Origin: an uncultured Gammaproteobacteria bacterium
GTDB lineage: Bacteria; Patescibacteriota; Patescibacteriia; UBA9934
Length of the DNA stretch: 64,000 nt
Direction of reading: 5' to 3'
Assembly (NCBI GenBank): GCA_964552565.1
Contig: CAZKGL010000001.1
Location: forward strand, 371,061 to 435,060
In this document: in pieces, positions 43,511-52,150 of the stretch
How positions within the stretch are numbered: position 1 is the first letter of the stretch
How the letters are laid out: each line of letters starts with the position of its first letter
Notes under the pieces: generated by a model
What the model saw: the letters and a program-made list of their open reading frames with translations, nothing else
What the model was told of the DNA's origin: nothing
The model's database searches: none
Position numbers and translations under genes: made by a program

Positions 43511-43960
43511 TTAGTTTCGAAGCGCTTCTCGTTCTCTGAGAAAGGCCATTTGCGCGTCTTGTAAATGCATAACCGGACGACGTTCTTTGAGATACGCGAC
43601 CGCTTCGTCGGCTGTCTTACCTTGCTCAGCGACAAGATAGGCGGCGACAAGCACAGGCGCTCTTCCATGTCCGTTTTTGCAATGGATGAAGCACGGGATA
43701 TTCTTCCCTGCAAAGAAGCGCAACGCTGCAACGCCGAGATCGGCTTTCTCGTGTGACATAGCAGCATGGTCTTCGGTTGGAAGCCAAAGGAAAAAGTCGA
43801 CGCCGTACGGTTGGTCGATCCGCTCCTTCTCAAGGCTGATGGCAGCGCGCACTCCTCGAGCGATTAATGTATCGTCGAAGTGCGTGACGCAACAGGCATT
43901 CTGACCAATGAAAATCAGTGGGGTTATTTCCGAGTAATCAAAAGATTCGTGAACATGCAT
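43511..43960 (-). CDS. Dual-specificity protein phosphatase
   Basis: HCKNGHGR (CX5R). Confidence 0.9.
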   Translation of the reverse strand: MHVHESFDYSEITPLIFIGQNACCVTHFDDTLIARGVRAAISLEKERIDQPYGVDFFLWLPTEDHAAMSHEKADLGVAALRFFAGKNIPCFIHCKNGHGRAPVLVAAYLVAEQGKTADEAVAYLKERRPVMHLQDAQMAFLREREALRN

Positions 43961-43968
43961 AACGTAGT

Positions 43969-44223
43969 TTATGAAGCAATCTTCGCTACTAGCTCTCCTC
44001 GTTGATGCAGGGCTACCACATCATCGTAACCTCCCACGAATTCGTCGCCAATAAAAATCATCGGCACCGTTCTCCAGTTGTATTTTTCGCTCAAAGCCTC
44101 CGCCTCTGCGGCATCTGCAGCAAGGTTCTTTTCCTCAAATGGCACCTTGAGCGAAGTAAAAAGTTGTTTTGCAAGCATGCAATATGCACATCCTGGCGAA
44201 GTGTAAATTGTTACTTGTTTCAT
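43969..44223 (-). CDS. Glutaredoxin
   Basis: CAYC, TVPMIFI, VGGYDD. Confidence 0.92.
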   Translation of the reverse strand: MKQVTIYTSPGCAYCMLAKQLFTSLKVPFEEKNLAADAAEAEALSEKYNWRTVPMIFIGDEFVGGYDDVVALHQRGELVAKIAS

Positions 44224-45611
44224 ACAATGGCTTTCACGCTATAAGCGGCGGCACCGACCCCTTCTGCAAATGTCGGATACGCATGAATCATTTTTGCGAT
44301 GGTCGTGTACGGAATATTCGCGAACATCGCGAGCGCAATCTCGTGGACAATCTCAGCCGCAGCCTGACCTACGACGTGGCCGCCGAGCACGTGACCACTT
44401 TCCATGTCGACGATAATTTTTACAAGCCCGTCAGATTCGCCCGTGACGAGCGCCTTGCCGAGCATGGCGTACGGAGCGGTACCGATACCGACTTTCTTGC
44501 CCAGCTTCATCGCTTCTGCTTCCGTCACGCCAACCGACCCAACCTCCGGGGTGCAAAATGTCCCTCGTGGAACAACGCGAAGGTCTGATTGCACAGTATT
44601 GCCTTTTGCTATGTTTGTCGCGGCAATGGTTCCTTGCTCGTGCGCGACGTGGGTGAACAGCATTTGGCCAGCCGCATCGCCCGCAAAGTAGACCGAAGCA
44701 TTGGATATCGACTGCATGAACTCATTCAGTTTTGGCCGACCGCGTTCGTCGAGTGCAATGCTGGCTTTTTCGGGCTCAAGGTCGGCAATGACTGGACGCT
44801 TTCCAACGGCCACGAGAACCGCATTCGCCACGAGCGTTTCGCGTCTCTTTTCAGATCCGAGCTCTATAGTGACACGACGCCCATCTTCGTCCGTTCCCAC
44901 ATCGACAGCCTGAGCTGTGGTAAAAATTTTTACGCCGCGCTTTGTGAAAGCCGCTGCGACAATGCCGGCAATTTCGTCATCTTCACGCGGCAAAATGTGC
45001 GGGGCGAATTCAACTATTGTTACAAGCACGCCAAGTTCCGAGAGGATCTGTGCGGATTCCACGCCGATCGGACCACCACCAATAATGATGATGGATTTCG
45101 GCAACTTTTTCAGCGTTACGATGTCGTCGCTTGTGAGAAAGCCAGACTCTTTCAATCCGGGAATGGGCGGAATTACCGTCTCGGATCCAGTAGCAATAAT
45201 AAAATGTTTTGCAGTAACCCGTTCCTTCCCGACAGCAAGCGTATCGGGTGAAATAAACTTCGCCTTTCCGCGCAAGAGATCGATGCTGAGTCTTTCGAGT
45301 ACGCCCTCGATACGTCCTTCGCCGGTCAACGCATCAACGATGCGAATTTTGCGTTCCATGATTTCGCGAAGACGAAACGAAACGCGCGGGATACGGAGGC
45401 CAAACTCCCCCGCACGGTGGGCGAGGGAGATGACTTCCGACGATCTCAATAATGCCTTTGTCGGCACACAGCCCCAGTTTGGGCATTCGCCGCCAAGACG
45501 CTTCGCGGCCTCAACGAGCGCGATACTCTTTACCCCTGCTTCGCGCGCGGTTTCTGCCGCGGAGAGACCAGCGGAACCGGAGCCGATGATGATGAGATCG
45601 TATGAGCGCAT
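44220..45611 (-). CDS. Flavoprotein disulfide reductase, MerA-like
   Basis: GSGSAG, GGECPNWGCVPTK, GGGPIG, C-terminal HAYPT; no terminal CC. Confidence 0.88.
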   Translation of the reverse strand: MRSYDLIIIGSGSAGLSAAETAREAGVKSIALVEAAKRLGGECPNWGCVPTKALLRSSEVISLAHRAGEFGLRIPRVSFRLREIMERKIRIVDALTGEGRIEGVLERLSIDLLRGKAKFISPDTLAVGKERVTAKHFIIATGSETVIPPIPGLKESGFLTSDDIVTLKKLPKSIIIIGGGPIGVESAQILSELGVLVTIVEFAPHILPREDDEIAGIVAAAFTKRGVKIFTTAQAVDVGTDEDGRRVTIELGSEKRRETLVANAVLVAVGKRPVIADLEPEKASIALDERGRPKLNEFMQSISNASVYFAGDAAGQMLFTHVAHEQGTIAATNIAKGNTVQSDLRVVPRGTFCTPEVGSVGVTEAEAMKLGKKVGIGTAPYAMLGKALVTGESDGLVKIIVDMESGHVLGGHVVGQAAAEIVHEIALAMFANIPYTTIAKMIHAYPTFAEGVGAAAYSVKAIV

Positions 45612-45615
45612 ACCA

Positions 45616-45780
45616 CTACATTGCCGCGTGATCGTGCTGTACGCCTTCTGCGCACTTCTGGCAGGCCGCAGGAGCGGGGGCACTTTCCGCACCAGCACAC
45701 ATTGGACACATTTCAGCTTCGTTCTCTGGCTTTTGCGGTGCCGGAACCGCTCCGCCGCAGGCTGTACAAACTTTTCCCAT
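45616..45780 (-). CDS. 54-aa protein with three CxxC motifs
   Basis: MGKVCTAC...CPMC...CQKC..HDH, ends 4 nt before the reductase start. Confidence 0.65.
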   Translation of the reverse strand: MGKVCTACGGAVPAPQKPENEAEMCPMCAGAESAPAPAACQKCAEGVQHDHAAM

Positions 45781-45834
45781 AGAAAAGAAATAAAGAATCA
45801 ACAACGACAGTATATCGCTTTGCAAGAAATACGC

Positions 45835-45852
45835 TTGTAGCACAGGCTACAA
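45835..45852. promoter_or_regulatory. Palindromic operator TTGTAGC-N4-GCTACAA (GTA-N8-TAC)
   Basis: Perfect 7-bp arms in the divergent gap next to the CRP/FNR gene. Confidence 0.7.
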
Positions 45853-45893
45853 AACATTGGCTCCGCTGTGGATGAGTGGTACTCTCTCAGCAT

Positions 45894-46556
45894 ATGGATC
45901 GTGTCTGGTACATCAAGAATTTCAATCTCTTCGCTGGTATTCCCAAGGAGGAAATCATGCGCATTGCTGCCTCCGCCAACGATGAGCGACATAACAGTCG
46001 TGCGCTGTTGTATACGCCGCACGACCAGGAAACACGGCTCTTTCTGGTAAAGGAGGGTGAGGTATCGCTGTACCACGTCAAGGATGGGAAGCGCTTTGTT
46101 TTTGACGTCATGGGTCCGGGGACATTGTTTGGCAATGTTGGTATGCAGGAAGGTTCACTTTCTCATTTTGCAGAAGCCGCCGAAGGCACCCGCATCTGCA
46201 CGTTTTCTTCGGCTGACTTTCAGCAGATTATTTCGGCATATCCCGTGGTCATGATGCGGGCGTTTTCGTCACTTGCACATCGACTGGAAGATTACGAAAC
46301 GAAACTCGGAGAGACGCTGTCGGACGCGAAAGAAAAGATTTTGCACGAAATTGAGCGATATGAACAAAAGCGCACACCAAAATTTCTTGAGTGGCTTTCG
46401 GGTGAGGCGACGAAGCGTCAACTTACGCACGAGCATCTCGCAAAATTAACCGGACTTAATCGAGTGACGGTTACGCGGGCAATTCATGATCTTCAGGCCG
46501 AGGGAGAGATTGACGTCGACGAGCACGGAAAAATTGTTATCCACAATAGTTTGTAG
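45894..46556 (+). CDS. CRP/FNR family transcriptional regulator
   Basis: cNMP-binding-like domain; HTH LTHEHLAKLTGLNRVTVTR. Confidence 0.93.
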   Translation: MDRVWYIKNFNLFAGIPKEEIMRIAASANDERHNSRALLYTPHDQETRLFLVKEGEVSLYHVKDGKRFVFDVMGPGTLFGNVGMQEGSLSHFAEAAEGTRICTFSSADFQQIISAYPVVMMRAFSSLAHRLEDYETKLGETLSDAKEKILHEIERYEQKRTPKFLEWLSGEATKRQLTHEHLAKLTGLNRVTVTRAIHDLQAEGEIDVDEHGKIVIHNSL

Positions 46557-46566
46557 TATTTGTTAC
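46553..46566. promoter_or_regulatory. Second GTA-N8-TAC box
   Basis: GTAgtatttgtTAC, 37 nt before the thioredoxin start. Confidence 0.5.
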
Positions 46567-46603
46567 CGACATATATATGAGCATATCGCTATGATGTGCC
46601 CAT

Positions 46604-47086
46604 ATGAAAAATACTCTTTTTGCGATCGGAGGAATCATTGTCCTTATTGGGCTAGGATACGCAGTCTTTTCACGTCCGTCTGCTACAGACGTACCGCAAC
46701 CGGCTACGACGTCTGGCGTTGAAGCGTCGCCCACTGCGCCAACGGGCGAACAGGTCGTCTATGTAGCCGGGGCGTATCAGGATTTTTCGCAGACCGCGTA
46801 TGACTCCGCGCTTGCTGACGGCAAAACCGTTATTCTTGATTTTCACGCAGACTGGTGCCCAACGTGCCAAGTGAATGAGCCGATTATCAAGTCGGTATTT
46901 TCGACGAATACCGATACCAACATCGTCGGATTCAAAGTGAACTACGATACAGAGATCGGACTGAAGAAGGCGTTTAACATTCAGAGTCAGTCCACAATCA
47001 TTAAGACAGTAAAGGACGAGGCCGCAGAACAACTTGGCCCAGGTCCAGTAACAGCCGAAAGTTTCAGCGCATTTATCCAGTCCTAG
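46604..47086 (+). CDS. Membrane-anchored thioredoxin
   Basis: N-terminal TM, FHADWCPTC, QST. Confidence 0.9.
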   Translation: MKNTLFAIGGIIVLIGLGYAVFSRPSATDVPQPATTSGVEASPTAPTGEQVVYVAGAYQDFSQTAYDSALADGKTVILDFHADWCPTCQVNEPIIKSVFSTNTDTNIVGFKVNYDTEIGLKKAFNIQSQSTIIKTVKDEAAEQLGPGPVTAESFSAFIQS

Positions 47087-47090
47087 TAGT

Positions 47091-47795
47091 ATGGGGATGT
47101 TTTTATTGGCGCTTGTCGCCGGTGCTATCACCGTTACGTCACCGTGTATCATCCCCATTCTTCCGATTATTCTTGGGTCGGTACTGAAGGATCATAAGTG
47201 GTATCCCGTGTACCTCGTGCTCGGGATGTCGACGACGTTCACGGTGCTCGGCATCCTGTTTGGTGCCTTTGGTAGTGCACTTCCGATTGATCGCGTTTTC
47301 CTGAATCAACTCGCCATCTGGCTTATCGGCCTCATGGGAATTGTTCTCCTCGTAAAACCACTTGGCGATCTGTTCTCGCGTGGCACATCTATGCTCACGT
47401 CGTGGCTTGGCTCGTATGGTCCGAAAGCAAACCAGCTCGGACAGCCGGGTGAGGCCTTTGCGCTCGGATCGCTCCTTGGCATCGTCTGGGCACCGTGCGC
47501 CGGACCGATCCTCGGGTCAATCATTTTGCTCGCGTCGGGAACCGGAAGTGTCGTAAAGGCCGGACTACTGCTCTTCACGTACTCAATTGGCGCAGGGATC
47601 CCCATGCTCCTCATTGCCTACGGCGGGAAACGAGCAGTAGCGGGTAAACAGTTCATCCAAGAACAATCCGGCAGATTGAAAATGGCATTCGGTGTCGTCT
47701 TGCTTATCTCGGCACTCCTCATGGCAACGGGGGTGTTTCGCGAGCTGGAATCGCTCATCGTGCCGTATGTTCCCACGTGGAGCACGCAACTCTAA
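47091..47795 (+). CDS. CcdA/DsbD-family transmembrane electron transporter
   Basis: SPCIIP and WAPCAGPILG. Confidence 0.92.
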   Translation: MGMFLLALVAGAITVTSPCIIPILPIILGSVLKDHKWYPVYLVLGMSTTFTVLGILFGAFGSALPIDRVFLNQLAIWLIGLMGIVLLVKPLGDLFSRGTSMLTSWLGSYGPKANQLGQPGEAFALGSLLGIVWAPCAGPILGSIILLASGTGSVVKAGLLLFTYSIGAGIPMLLIAYGGKRAVAGKQFIQEQSGRLKMAFGVVLLISALLMATGVFRELESLIVPYVPTWSTQL

Positions 47796-47816
47796 CATTT
47801 GAATGTCTATCACCCT

Positions 47817-48074
47817 ATGTCGCTACTCGAATTCTATGGCGCTGAATGCCCACATTGCATGGCGATGATGCCGCTCATTGAACGGTTGAAAAAAGAAGGC
47901 TTTGCCATTGAACAGTTTGAAACCTGGCATAACGAGGAAAACGCCAACAAGTTGAAGGAATACGACAAAGGTTTCTGCGGCGGCGTGCCGTTCTTCATAA
48001 ACACCGAAAGCGGAAAATGGATCTGCGGATCTGAATCCTATGAAGCGCTCCGAGCTTGGGCAGAAGGAAAATAG
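47817..48074 (+). CDS. Small thioredoxin/glutaredoxin-like protein
   Basis: ECPHC, CGGVPFF. Confidence 0.85.
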   Translation: MSLLEFYGAECPHCMAMMPLIERLKKEGFAIEQFETWHNEENANKLKEYDKGFCGGVPFFINTESGKWICGSESYEALRAWAEGK

Positions 48075-48441
48075 CAGCGCTAGGGAAATTCTTCGCATAA
48101 CGGGCATTCCCATTTTGCTTGCATCCCTGTGCTGCCTGAGTCCGGTTATCCTTGTGCTTTTAGGACTCACGACAACGACGTTTGCCGCTTCATTGTCCGA
48201 CACCCTTTACGGACAATATCGCTGGGTGTTCCGACTCGTGGGCTTCGTCGCACTTGCCGTATCGATTATCTGGCATCTGCGAAAGCGAAGGAAGATTTGC
48301 ACATTGGATCAGGCGAAGCGCCAGCGACACAAAATTGTTAACCTCATACTGCTCTCCGTTATCACCGCTATTCTTGGATATGTTTTCTGGCTCTACGTGG
48401 TCGTGGAATATATCGGCAAACTTCTCAATATTTGGAACTAA
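48040..48441 (+). CDS. MerT/MerF-like 3-TM protein
   Basis: ASLCCLSP Cys pair in the first TM; start uncertain. Confidence 0.6.
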   Translation: MKRSELGQKENSSAREILRITGIPILLASLCCLSPVILVLLGLTTTTFAASLSDTLYGQYRWVFRLVGFVALAVSIIWHLRKRRKICTLDQAKRQRHKIVNLILLSVITAILGYVFWLYVVVEYIGKLLNIWN

Positions 48442-48458
48442 TATAACCCCTTCAATCT

Positions 48459-49175
48459 ATGACAGAAAATACAACGCCGCCCGCTAGCTTCTTCAGTGGA
48501 AATCCTAAGATGATATTCGTTTTTGGTCTCGTGGCAGGCATCGCACTCACGTCCTTGGCCGGAGATCTGTTCGCGAATACTGGATCTGCAACCGGTACAG
48601 ACACCGCCGTCGTGAATGCGAACAATACCGGGCCATCTGCTGCGGCCTCCGCAAAAACGCTTGCCGCAGTAACGGAGGACGACCACGTACGAGGCGATCT
48701 TGAAAAAGCAAAGGTCGTGCTTATCGAGTACTCGGATTACGAGTGCCCTTTTTGCGGTAGGCACCATCCCACTATGCTCGATGTAGCAGAGCAATACGGC
48801 GACGATGTCGCTTGGGTGTATCGCCATTTTCCGCTCACGTCCATTCATCCGCAAGCAATGCCAGCAGCGCTCGCCGCCGAGTGTGCGAACGAACAAGGAA
48901 AGTTTTGGGAATATACGGATGCGCTCTTTGAAAACCAGAGCGATCTCAGCTCTTCATTTTATACCGAACTTGCTGGTGACCTTGGCATGAATACGTCAAA
49001 ATTCAGCGACTGCGTGGAAAGCGAGAAATATGCGGCGAGAGTAAAGGCCGATATCGCGTCAGGACAAGCCGCTGGTGCCACGGGCACGCCAGCAACATTC
49101 GTGAATGGCACGTTGGTGTCTGGCGCTGTACCGCTTTCGACATTCACAGGCCTTATAGACGCGGCACTCAAATAA
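48459..49175 (+). CDS. DsbA family protein
   Basis: EYSDYECPFC, RHFPL, GTPATF. Confidence 0.93.
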   Translation: MTENTTPPASFFSGNPKMIFVFGLVAGIALTSLAGDLFANTGSATGTDTAVVNANNTGPSAAASAKTLAAVTEDDHVRGDLEKAKVVLIEYSDYECPFCGRHHPTMLDVAEQYGDDVAWVYRHFPLTSIHPQAMPAALAAECANEQGKFWEYTDALFENQSDLSSSFYTELAGDLGMNTSKFSDCVESEKYAARVKADIASGQAAGATGTPATFVNGTLVSGAVPLSTFTGLIDAALK

Positions 49176-49257
49176 ACGAAAAATCGTTGCCGTGGTAGAA
49201 TTCACTCAAAGGTTCCTGACTTTTCAAAAATAATTAACTCATCACCTCACGAAAAAT

Positions 49258-49623
49258 ATGCAAATACTTTTCACCGTCGGTCACATCGTTCTCGGTCTGT
49301 TCTTCCTCATGATGGGCATGATGCACTTCATGAAGATGCGTGACATGACCGCGTATGCCAACATGAAGGGATTGCCAATGCCGTCGCTGTCCGTCGCGGT
49401 AACTGGAATGGTTCTTGCTCTTGGCGGCGCAGGAGTAATTTTTCAAGTCGCGCTCCCTTGGGCATACGGAGCACTGGTCGTATTCCTCGTATCAGCGGCA
49501 TTCCTCATGCATAACTTCTGGGCTGCCAAGGATGCACAGTCAAAGATGAACGACATGGTGAACTTCCAGAAAAATCTCGCCCTTGCCGCCGCCCTCTTGA
49601 TGCTCATCACGCTTCAAGCGTAA
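49258..49623 (+). CDS. DoxX family membrane protein
   Basis: HNFW...NFQKNLAL; paralog of 36350-36730. Confidence 0.85.
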   Translation: MQILFTVGHIVLGLFFLMMGMMHFMKMRDMTAYANMKGLPMPSLSVAVTGMVLALGGAGVIFQVALPWAYGALVVFLVSAAFLMHNFWAAKDAQSKMNDMVNFQKNLALAAALLMLITLQA

Positions 49624-49632
49624 TTCAATAGT

Positions 49633-50040
49633 GTGAGCAACCTCGTTTTTATTTATCAGGCAAACTCTGGCATTCTTGCGAATATACCGGGAGCCATCGC
49701 GAAAGCGTTTGGCGGAAAGAGCGTGTGTTCGCTGTGCAACATCACGAACGGCCCCTTTCGTGAAAAACCTGAATGGGAAACGTTCGTCGCGTCACTGCAA
49801 GAAAAGCCCGAGATCTATCACGCTAACGAAATACCGATTGACATTGCGTCATTCCTAAAAAAGAACGAGCACCCCATTCCCGTTGTCCTTGAGCGAAATG
49901 GATTTGAATTTACGGTCGCCATGTCTTCCGACGACCTCGATGCATGTCAGGCGGATCCCACCTGCCTCGCCAAGAAACTTACATCCTATACACGCACCTC
50001 GTGTAGCAATGGGGTGTGTTCGCTGAAACAGCCGAGTTGA
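49633..50040 (+). CDS. Hypothetical Cys-containing protein
   Basis: CSLCNIT, C-terminal CSNGVC. Confidence 0.7.
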   Translation: MSNLVFIYQANSGILANIPGAIAKAFGGKSVCSLCNITNGPFREKPEWETFVASLQEKPEIYHANEIPIDIASFLKKNEHPIPVVLERNGFEFTVAMSSDDLDACQADPTCLAKKLTSYTRTSCSNGVCSLKQPS

Positions 50041-50246
50041 GCTCAGAAAATATGATAGGAAGAATATTAGAAGTTTCCGGTGAGCTTTGCATCGGTTATC
50101 TCGCCACACGAGTGCACAGCCGCGTCGTGAAGGAACATCGCATTGATGCTGCTGTTCTTCGTGAAATGAAAATGGAAAAACATGTAGGAACGGTCGGGAT
50201 GGCACTTATCCTTGTTGGATTTATTTTAGAATCACAAGGAATATGA
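50016..50246 (+). CDS. Small membrane protein (possibly truncated)
   Basis: VHSRVVKEHRID..V; start uncertain. Confidence 0.45.
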   Translation: MFAETAELSSENMIGRILEVSGELCIGYLATRVHSRVVKEHRIDAAVLREMKMEKHVGTVGMALILVGFILESQGI

Positions 50247-51592
50247 TTTTACAAAATTGGTGGTACACAACCTTATTGGACGCATCGGTGCGCCACCAGC
50301 CGCCTTTGCGTGGTGCGCTCAAGTGCGACGTTGCGGTTATCGGCGGCGGCATGGCAGGACTCCACGCGGCGCTCCAGCTGAGCCGGATGGGTAAAAAAGT
50401 AATCCTTCTCGAACGAAACATTTGTGGCGGAAGTTCCACAGGAAAAAGCGCAGGGTTTCTTACGCCAGATAGCGAGCTCGAACTCAGCCAACTTGTCAGA
50501 AGATACGGCGTAGACGGTGCAAAAACTGTCTGGAATATGCCCGTGCAAGGCGTCAAACTTATCAAGCAGACGATCAACGATTTTAATATTGCGTGCGATT
50601 TTCGCAAACAAGATAGTCTATTCGTCGGTATTGGTAAGAGTGGCGCCGAGGACGTCGCGAGTGAGGCAAAATCAAGAAAGAGATTGGGATTTGCCTCCAC
50701 AAAGTACAACAAAGACGAGCTCAAAAAGGTGAACGCAGGGCTTGGCTACGAGGCGGGTATCAGATACGACGATACCTATTCCATAAACCCGCTGCTCTAC
50801 GCGCAGGGTTTGAAGCAAGCGTTAATGGACAGCGGCGTACAGATTTTTGAAAGCACCGAGGTGGTGCGCATTGAAGACGGGGCTGCGATTACCCATCTTG
50901 GATCCGTCATGGCGGATAATTTTATCGTTTGCATCGACAAAATGAAGTCGGAATTCAGTTCCGTCGCGAAGCAGACCTATCATGCTCAAACATTTCTTTC
51001 CATTAGCGAACCGCTAGACGACAACGATATTGCAGCAATATTCCCGGATGGCGAAGTGCAGTGTTGGGATTCACGACTTGTCTACAGCTATTATCGACTG
51101 ACACCCGATAAGCGGCTGTTGCTCGGCGGCGGGAGCGCGCTAACGACTTTTTCTCCTAACGATATAAATTCCCCGGCCATCATCAATCAGGTGATCGCGG
51201 ACTTCAAAAAAAGGTTTCCAAAGCTGGAACACGTCGCATTTGTTCAGTACTGGCCTGGGCGCATCGATACCACGAAGGACATCATGCCAATCATCGATTG
51301 GTTTGACGCGCCGAACGTTCAGTATGTTTTGGGCTGTGTCGGTTTGCCGTGGGCAAGTTTTTGCGGAAAGTATGCCGCAGAGCGTCTGTATGAACCACGC
51401 ATCTGTCAAAAGTACTGCATGTATCTCGGTGCTCATCGCTCATTTTTCATCCCGCCATGGCTTCAGAGTATCGTTGGTAAAATGATCAGTTTTTCTCTCA
51501 ACAATGCGTACGCCAAATACTTCGAGAAGGATAGGCCTCAAATGAGCCAGATCATGCATGCCCACAAAGGCGAGCTTCCTTCCCATCGATAA
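50243..51592 (+). CDS. FAD-dependent oxidoreductase (DAO/PuuB-like)
   Basis: VIGGGMAG, GGSSTGKSAG, YYRLTPDKRLLLGG. Confidence 0.9.
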   Translation: MILQNWWYTTLLDASVRHQPPLRGALKCDVAVIGGGMAGLHAALQLSRMGKKVILLERNICGGSSTGKSAGFLTPDSELELSQLVRRYGVDGAKTVWNMPVQGVKLIKQTINDFNIACDFRKQDSLFVGIGKSGAEDVASEAKSRKRLGFASTKYNKDELKKVNAGLGYEAGIRYDDTYSINPLLYAQGLKQALMDSGVQIFESTEVVRIEDGAAITHLGSVMADNFIVCIDKMKSEFSSVAKQTYHAQTFLSISEPLDDNDIAAIFPDGEVQCWDSRLVYSYYRLTPDKRLLLGGGSALTTFSPNDINSPAIINQVIADFKKRFPKLEHVAFVQYWPGRIDTTKDIMPIIDWFDAPNVQYVLGCVGLPWASFCGKYAAERLYEPRICQKYCMYLGAHRSFFIPPWLQSIVGKMISFSLNNAYAKYFEKDRPQMSQIMHAHKGELPSHR

Positions 51593-51595
51593 TAG

Positions 51596-51895
51596 CTAGA
51601 CGATAATTTTCAATTCGAGTTCTATCGTATCCTCTGCGAGAACATGCTCTTTCTTACGTATGCCAGATTTGAGTGGGAGCACATAGCTTCCTAACTTCGA
51701 GTCTGGAAAAATTGACGTCTTCCAGAGTGTTTTCCCGAGCGTCATTTCAACACGAATCGATCCCCATCCTTTTTTCAGTGGCGAAAACCGCGTTTTGATC
51801 TCGCGCGATATCTTTTTTGGCAGAGTAACAAAATGCCATCCGGCCATGCCGGGATACAACCATACTTTCGCTCGAAACGAATAATTTGTTTTCAT
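51596..51895 (-). CDS. DUF1905 family protein
   Basis: GWHFVTLP, GWGSIRV, WKTSIFP. Confidence 0.88.
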   Translation of the reverse strand: MKTNYSFRAKVWLYPGMAGWHFVTLPKKISREIKTRFSPLKKGWGSIRVEMTLGKTLWKTSIFPDSKLGSYVLPLKSGIRKKEHVLAEDTIELELKIIV

Positions 51896-52061
51896 AGACC
51901 CGGTTGTTTGAGAAAAATCCGACGGTTTTGCGTCCTGGGTGGTTCCGCTTTCTGGATCGAATGCCAAGAGTCGCTATTTGCTCAAGCTTTAAACAAAAAA
52001 TCGCCATTTTTCAATGACGACTTTTTGACAAGGCATGTGGGTCACCTCACACGCCTTCTCA

Positions 52062-52076
52062 TGGCTCCGGGGGTGG
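52062..52076. repeat. Distal att core TGGCTCCGGGGGTGG
   Basis: Exact 15-bp direct repeat of 59468-59482 (tRNA-Asn 3' end). Confidence 0.9.
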
Positions 52077-52150
52077 TCGGGTATTCGAACCTCTATCGAA
52101 CAAGCAAAAAACAGGGACGAATTCGCAATCGTGCGAACTTGGTAGTGTCG

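Larger units (their letters stand above)
42671..52076. mobile_element. Putative older integrase-less genomic island (thiol-redox cargo)
   Basis: Bounded by tRNA-end-like repeats; visibly lower GC than the 1-41 kb region. Confidence 0.55.

Noticed and set aside
44220-45611. Calling this merA or lpdA
   Set aside because: Lacks the MerA terminal Cys pair and the LpdA HPT motif; left as MerA-like.
36350-49623. Two DoxX genes as a recent duplication
   Set aside because: Proteins are similar but DNA and codon usage are clearly diverged; ordinary paralogs or xenologs.
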